A DNA stretch of 37,057 nt from Planctomycetales bacterium. GTDB lineage: Bacteria; Planctomycetota; UBA11346. Below, piece by piece: positions 33,121 through 37,057 of this stretch. The translations under genes were made by a program, and so were the position numbers. The DNA is taken from assembly GCA_025362255.1 (NCBI GenBank), contig JANYGY010000155.1:1-37057 (forward strand). The letters run 5' to 3'. Under the pieces are notes generated by a model. It searched no databases, was not told the origin of the DNA, and saw only the letters and a program-made list of their open reading frames with translations. Positions within the stretch are counted from its first letter, which is position 1. Each line of letters starts with the position of its first letter.

Positions 33121-34911
33121 TTACATCCGCTCTGGGGCTATCAGGCCAAGCAGACGCAAGCCTTCGCCGAGCGCGCCGCGCGCGGCGATAACCAAACTCA
33201 AGCGACTGGCGGCGATCGCGGAATCAGCGCACAAGACGCGGGCGTTGAGGTCACTGTTGCCGCTGGTCAGCCAGCTCGCGATCGCGCTGGCCAGCGTCAG
33301 CAGGGCTTGGGCGAGGACGCTCGGCTCATCGAGTTCGACCGCGCGTTCAAGTGCGCCCTGCAAGCGGGCGATCGCCAAAAGCACGGCTTTTTCCGCTTCG
33401 TTGGTCAGATGCACAGGTGAGCCGCCGGTGCGGTGCTCGGCCTTGCGCTCGATCGAGCACAATCTGGCATGAGCGAATTGGAGGTACGGACCCGTCTCGC
33501 CGTCGAAGCGCAAGGCCTCCTCGAATTTGAATTTCACATCACCGGTCCGGCCATTTTTGAGATCATTGAAGACCACTGCGCCGATGCCGACCGCGCGCGC
33601 GATGGCCGCGCGTTCGTCGGCCGCCAGGTCGGGATTCTTGTCGGCGACGATCGCCGCGGCGCGTTCGATCGCTTCGTCGAGGACTTCGCGCAGCAACATG
33701 ATCTTGCCGCCGCGCGTGCGGCCCTTGGCCCAGGCGCTCTCCTCGTCATTCCAGATCAGGACGACGCCGAAGCCGATATGGCGCAGCTTGTCCGCGTATG
33801 GCCGCTGAAGCAGTCTCGCGACCGCGAACCATTCTTGGAAATGGAGGGACTGACCGAGGTCGACGACGTATAAGCTGCGGCTGAAACCGAATTCTGAAAA
33901 CCGATCATCGCAGGCCGTCAGATCGCGGGTCGCATAGAGGGTGCCGCCGTCAGCGCGCTTGATCAGCACTGGTTTCTTCCAGGTCTTGACCTTGTCGGTG
34001 TTGAGCAGCGTGGGCAGATCGACGACCGTCGCGCCTTGATCTTGGCTGGTCAGCTGCTTGCTCGCCAACTCGGCCAGCAGCGGCTCCATCTTGTCCTCGT
34101 AGAAAGCTTCGCCTTTCCACGAATCGAAAGTCACCCCGAGCAACCCGTACACCCGCTCGAATTCTTTCAGCGACGCGGTCTTGAAGATCTGCCATAAATT
34201 GCGCGCCTCGGGCTCGCCATCTTCGAGGGCCTTGGACCAGTGGCGGGCCTCTTCCTCAACCACCGGATCGGCCTTGGCCGCGGCCGAGATGCGGACGTAG
34301 AGATCATTGAGGAACGTCACCTGATCGGCTGCCGCCGTGAGCTGCTCAAGCGTCAGATGTTCACGTTTCCAACCGGCGATGAGCCGCCCGAACGCGGTGC
34401 CCCAATCGCCCAGGAAATTGATCCGGGTCACGTCCCACCCGGCGGCCGCATAGCAGTGCGCCAACGCATTGCCGATCATGGTCGAGCGGATGTGGTGAAA
34501 CGCGAGGTGCTTGGCGATGTTCGGACTGCTGAAATCGATGCATACCCGCTGACCTGCACCGAGCGTTGAACGCAAGGCGAGCGCGCCGCCGCTGCGGCTG
34601 CCGTTGACCGTGCCGGCCGGCGACAAAAGCGGCAGCAACGTGGTCGCCACCGCCGCTGGATCGAAGGTCACGTTGCAGAACGGCCCGGTGGCGACGGCGG
34701 TGATTCCCGCCGCGGTCAGAATTCCGGCCAGCTCGGTCGCCAGCGTCGGGGGCGGCACTCCACGGGCCTTGGCCATTTGGAAGCAAGGCAGGGCGAGATC
34801 CCCGGCCACGCCTTTGGCAGGGGGCGCGAACAGCGCGTTGACCTGCGCCGGAAGCAGGCCGAGATGCGTCGCAACCAATGTGGCGATAGGAGCTGAAAGC
34901 CGATCAAACAT
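33121..34911 (-). CDS. argS: Arginine--tRNA ligase
   Basis: 596 aa. FSSPNIAKHLAFHHIRSTMIGN aligns with the [21 protein letters not shown] type of ArgRS. DALR anticodon-binding C-terminal domain ending ...APERM. Confidence 0.85.
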   Translation of the reverse strand: MFDRLSAPIATLVATHLGLLPAQVNALFAPPAKGVAGDLALPCFQMAKARGVPPPTLATELAGILTAAGITAVATGPFCNVTFDPAAVATTLLPLLSPAGTVNGSRSGGALALRSTLGAGQRVCIDFSSPNIAKHLAFHHIRSTMIGNALAHCYAAAGWDVTRINFLGDWGTAFGRLIAGWKREHLTLEQLTAAADQVTFLNDLYVRISAAAKADPVVEEEARHWSKALEDGEPEARNLWQIFKTASLKEFERVYGLLGVTFDSWKGEAFYEDKMEPLLAELASKQLTSQDQGATVVDLPTLLNTDKVKTWKKPVLIKRADGGTLYATRDLTACDDRFSEFGFSRSLYVVDLGQSLHFQEWFAVARLLQRPYADKLRHIGFGVVLIWNDEESAWAKGRTRGGKIMLLREVLDEAIERAAAIVADKNPDLAADERAAIARAVGIGAVVFNDLKNGRTGDVKFKFEEALRFDGETGPYLQFAHARLCSIERKAEHRTGGSPVHLTNEAEKAVLLAIARLQGALERAVELDEPSVLAQALLTLASAIASWLTSGNSDLNARVLCADSAIAASRLSLVIAARGALGEGLRLLGLIAPERM

Positions 34912-34986
34912 GAGGCGCGGAGCTTTGGTTCACCACCTTCGGGCGCAACCAACAGCCCCCGAGGTTTTAGGTGGGCGAGCCCGATA

Positions 34987-35019
34987 CGAATCATGGGCGG
35001 GCCGCCCATGCCACATTCG
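34987..35019. repeat. REP-like element, copy 8, with complementary outer flanks
   Basis: CGAAT-CATGGGCG-GGC-CGCCCATG-CCAC-ATTCG, in inverted orientation relative to copy 5. Confidence 0.8.
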
Positions 35020-35020
35020 G

Positions 35021-35086
35021 CCTCAGCCTCAGCCTCAGCCTCAGCCTCAGCCTCAGCCTCAGCCTCAGCCTCAGCCTCAGCCTCAG
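35021..35086. repeat. Hexanucleotide microsatellite (CCTCAG)x11
   Basis: Counted directly: 11 perfect units. The stop codon of the minus-strand FHA gene (TGA, 35085-35083) lies in the last unit. Confidence 0.95.
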
Positions 35087-36408
35087 CGCCGGCGAACCAC
35101 GCAGCCGGTCACCAGATCGTGCACTCCGCGCCAGCCACAAAGCATAGTGATCAGCGCCACCGGGCAGGTCAGCCCAAGCAGCAGCCAGCGGAACAAAGCC
35201 CGCCGCCATCCGGGATGATGCCCGTTGCGCCGGACGATGATGATCAGCCCGAGTCGACGATGCAGCCACGGGCCGCCTTGCTGCACGGTCGCTGCGACCA
35301 AGCCCCATAACATCAGCAACTCAGCGACTACGGCACCCACGGCGAGGCCGAGGAAGAGTAGCAAAAACGGTCCGGCAGTCGGCAGGGCGTGCACCTGCCG
35401 TGCGAGCTGGTCGAGATGGATCCACGGCCCAGGAGTCAGCAACAACGTGAACACGTCACCGGCCGCAGCGGCGGTGTGCGGCTCAAGATGCGACACGCTC
35501 AACTGGCCGTTGCTGATGTCCGCCCCGGCCCACAGCAACGCGGTGAAGGTGCCCGCGCCGGCGATCAGCCCGCCGCTGACGACACTCGCCAAGCATACCA
35601 GCAGCACGTCGCCCACACCCGCGAGTAATCGTGAGCCGCGCATCGTCCACCAGGAGACGCTCGCATCATTCCCGGACGCCTGCACCGGTGCCCCTGGCTC
35701 AAGGGCGGCAGTGGCCTGCACCGGCGCTTCGCTCGGCAAGATGTCAGACGTGTAACCCGCGACGCGTGGCGCGGACGGCTCATGGAATCGATTCGGCGAC
35801 AAGGCCGAGGCCGAAGTGATCGCGGGCATCATCTCCGAAGGGCGGATCGACGTCGAGCCTTGGCGTCTGGGCTCCTCGATGCGCCCTGCGTTCGACAAGC
35901 CCAGAGCGCCCAGTGCCGCAACGATTCCGGGATGCAGTTTTGAGGCACCAGCACGATCGGCCTTATCGTGCACCGCCAGCGCCAAGCCCGCCGCGACCTC
36001 TGCCTCAGGCATCTGCTCCGTCGCTGAAGGATGGTTTTTTCCAGACCGCGCCGAACCGACCAAGGCACGCAAGGTTTCGGTCACCGGCTGGGCCCGAATG
36101 GCGGTTGGTGCAGGTGCGTCATCGCTGACCAGCTGCCACCGCAGCGGCCCGCAGATCAGCACGTCGCCGATGTGCATGACCCGCGACGTGACGATCCGAT
36201 CACCGTTGACCAGCACGCCATTGGCCGACCCGACATCATGCACCATTACCTCGGTGCCTGTCCCTGACCTCTGCACCGACATCCGTGCATGATGCCGCGA
36301 TAGCCGCGGATCGAGCACCCGCACGCCGCAATCCTCGCCCCGCCCGATGATGGTGTCGCCATCAGGCAGAACCCAGATCCCCGCGTTACCCTCAAGTCGA
36401 AATGCCAT
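35083..36408 (-). CDS. FHA domain protein with C-terminal RDD-family membrane domain
   Basis: N-terminal FHA domain: IIGRGEDCGVRVLDPRLSRHHARM...VHDVGSANGVLVNGDRI. A linker follows. The C-terminal polytopic region starts with SRLLAGVGDVLLV (the R..A..D..L of RDD domains). Confidence 0.7.
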   Translation of the reverse strand: MAFRLEGNAGIWVLPDGDTIIGRGEDCGVRVLDPRLSRHHARMSVQRSGTGTEVMVHDVGSANGVLVNGDRIVTSRVMHIGDVLICGPLRWQLVSDDAPAPTAIRAQPVTETLRALVGSARSGKNHPSATEQMPEAEVAAGLALAVHDKADRAGASKLHPGIVAALGALGLSNAGRIEEPRRQGSTSIRPSEMMPAITSASALSPNRFHEPSAPRVAGYTSDILPSEAPVQATAALEPGAPVQASGNDASVSWWTMRGSRLLAGVGDVLLVCLASVVSGGLIAGAGTFTALLWAGADISNGQLSVSHLEPHTAAAAGDVFTLLLTPGPWIHLDQLARQVHALPTAGPFLLLFLGLAVGAVVAELLMLWGLVAATVQQGGPWLHRRLGLIIIVRRNGHHPGWRRALFRWLLLGLTCPVALITMLCGWRGVHDLVTGCVVRRR

Positions 36409-36485
36409 CGCCGGAGTATACCACGGGAACCGTCAGCCCGGGGATTATGAACAACTCGGGTCGCGGAATTTTTGAAAACAGGAGG

Positions 36486-36521
36486 TCGCAGAGATCGCAG
36501 AGGTCGCAGAGGTCGCAGAGG
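36486..36521. repeat. Tandem 9-mer repeat (TCGCAGAGR)x4
   Basis: TCGCAGAGA TCGCAGAGG TCGCAGAGG TCGCAGAGG, read directly in the intergenic region upstream of the FHA gene. Confidence 0.9.
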
Positions 36522-36609
36522 CGAGAGAGAGCTTCCGGCGCGACAGCTCGGAGAAATGACCTCCTCCGTCAGTTCTCCACTAGCTCTCTTTCCTTCGTCT
36601 CTTGCCCAT

Positions 36610-36624
36610 CTCTGCGCCTCTGCG
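36610..36624. repeat. Two inverted CTCTGCG units opposing the 9-mer array
   Basis: CTCTGCG-C-CTCTGCG. CGCCTCTGCG (36615-36624) is the exact reverse complement of CGCAGAGGCG (36514-36523). Confidence 0.85.
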
Positions 36625-36644
36625 CTCTTCTGTTCCGCGGTTAA

Positions 36645-37057
36645 TCAGAACGTGTAACCGATACCCAATGACAGGGCGCGCACGCTGGTCAGAGCGGAGG
36701 TGAAGATGAGATCACTGCGGTAGACGATCATGGGCCTCCATTGTGCCCACCAGGCGGGCGCGAAGCCGACGCTGTAGGTCAGGTCGGCGTAGCCACGGCG
36801 TTCGTCGTGGATTTCCCGCGCGTAGAGCAAGCCCGCGTCGAGGTGCACGAGGCGCCAGACCCGCACTTCGGCGACCGGGCCGAGGAGGGCGACGTCGCGC
36901 AGGCCTTCACCCCGGGCCAAGCCGGTGGAAAGCCACGTGCCTTCAAGGCCAAAGGCGTGCTCGCTGTCCGGGCCGACCAGCAAGCGCAACCCGGCGAAAA
37001 CCCCCACGGCCCACGGCACGCCATCGCTGCGCGTATAACGCCCGACGGTGGTCACGG
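36645..37057 (-). CDS. Putative outer-membrane beta-barrel protein, C-terminal part (gene continues beyond the right edge)
   Basis: Alternating hydrophobic beta-strand pattern and a C-terminal ...LSLGIGYTF with terminal Phe (OMP beta-signal-like). The M in the track is a GTG codon at the window edge, so the true start is probably outside the window. Confidence 0.4.
   Translation of the reverse strand, partial: VTTVGRYTRSDGVPWAVGVFAGLRLLVGPDSEHAFGLEGTWLSTGLARGEGLRDVALLGPVAEVRVWRLVHLDAGLLYAREIHDERRGYADLTYSVGFAPAWWAQWRPMIVYRSDLIFTSALTSVRALSLGIGYTF

Noticed and set aside
35021-35086. Hexamer repeat as a coding repeat (SASASA, PQPQPQ or LRLRLR in track ORFs 34993-35310, 34604-35218, 34991-35308), or as a CRISPR array.
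   Set aside because: The ORFs carrying it are antisense or out of frame to argS and the FHA gene and have no other protein-like features. The units are contiguous 6-mers without spacers, so it is a microsatellite, not a CRISPR array.
36486-36521. 9-mer tandem array as a CRISPR array, or as coding RSQRSQRSQ (track ORFs 36402-36644 and 36472-36657).
   Set aside because: There are no spacers, the units are only 9 bp and there are no cas genes. The ORFs are short, low-complexity and lack ribosome-binding context.

Overview
This is a GC-rich bacterial chromosomal segment with strong G/C preference at third codon positions. Hanks-type Ser/Thr kinases fused to FGE-sulfatase, LRR and LamG modules, plus the repeat types, suggest a Planctomycetota/Verrucomicrobiota-like lineage, but that is inference only. 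I call about 33 protein genes. Most are housekeeping: tldD/pmbA pair, comEC, ABC-F ATPase, thrB, rarA, slyD, PBP2/mrdA, aroK, rsmA, scpB, trpG/pabA-type amidotransferase, argS and an SDR. The window is dense in signalling genes: three Ser/Thr kinases, one orphan sensor histidine kinase and one FHA-RDD protein. It also holds one tRNA-Arg(ACG) with a clean terminator, and two type II toxin-antitoxin pairs (BrnT/BrnA-like and RelE/Phd), each with an upstream palindrome. The non-coding DNA contains a REP-like palindromic family (8 copies, all intergenic), a second small repeat family built on CTCTGCG units plus a CTCCTGTTTTC motif (3-4 loci), and an 11-copy CCTCAG hexanucleotide microsatellite. 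I see no rRNA, CRISPR array, transposase, integrase or recognisable defence enzymes. I do not see an unambiguous novel multi-gene system. The best candidates for something undescribed are the structured repeat-rich region at 36461-36640 and its relatives, the unannotatable two-gene operon at 21738-22729 divergent from the orphan histidine kinase, the PBP2 with a ~340-aa insertion, and the microsatellite between the FHA gene and argS. Many long ORFs in the supplied track are antisense or out-of-frame artefacts of high GC and were rejected.
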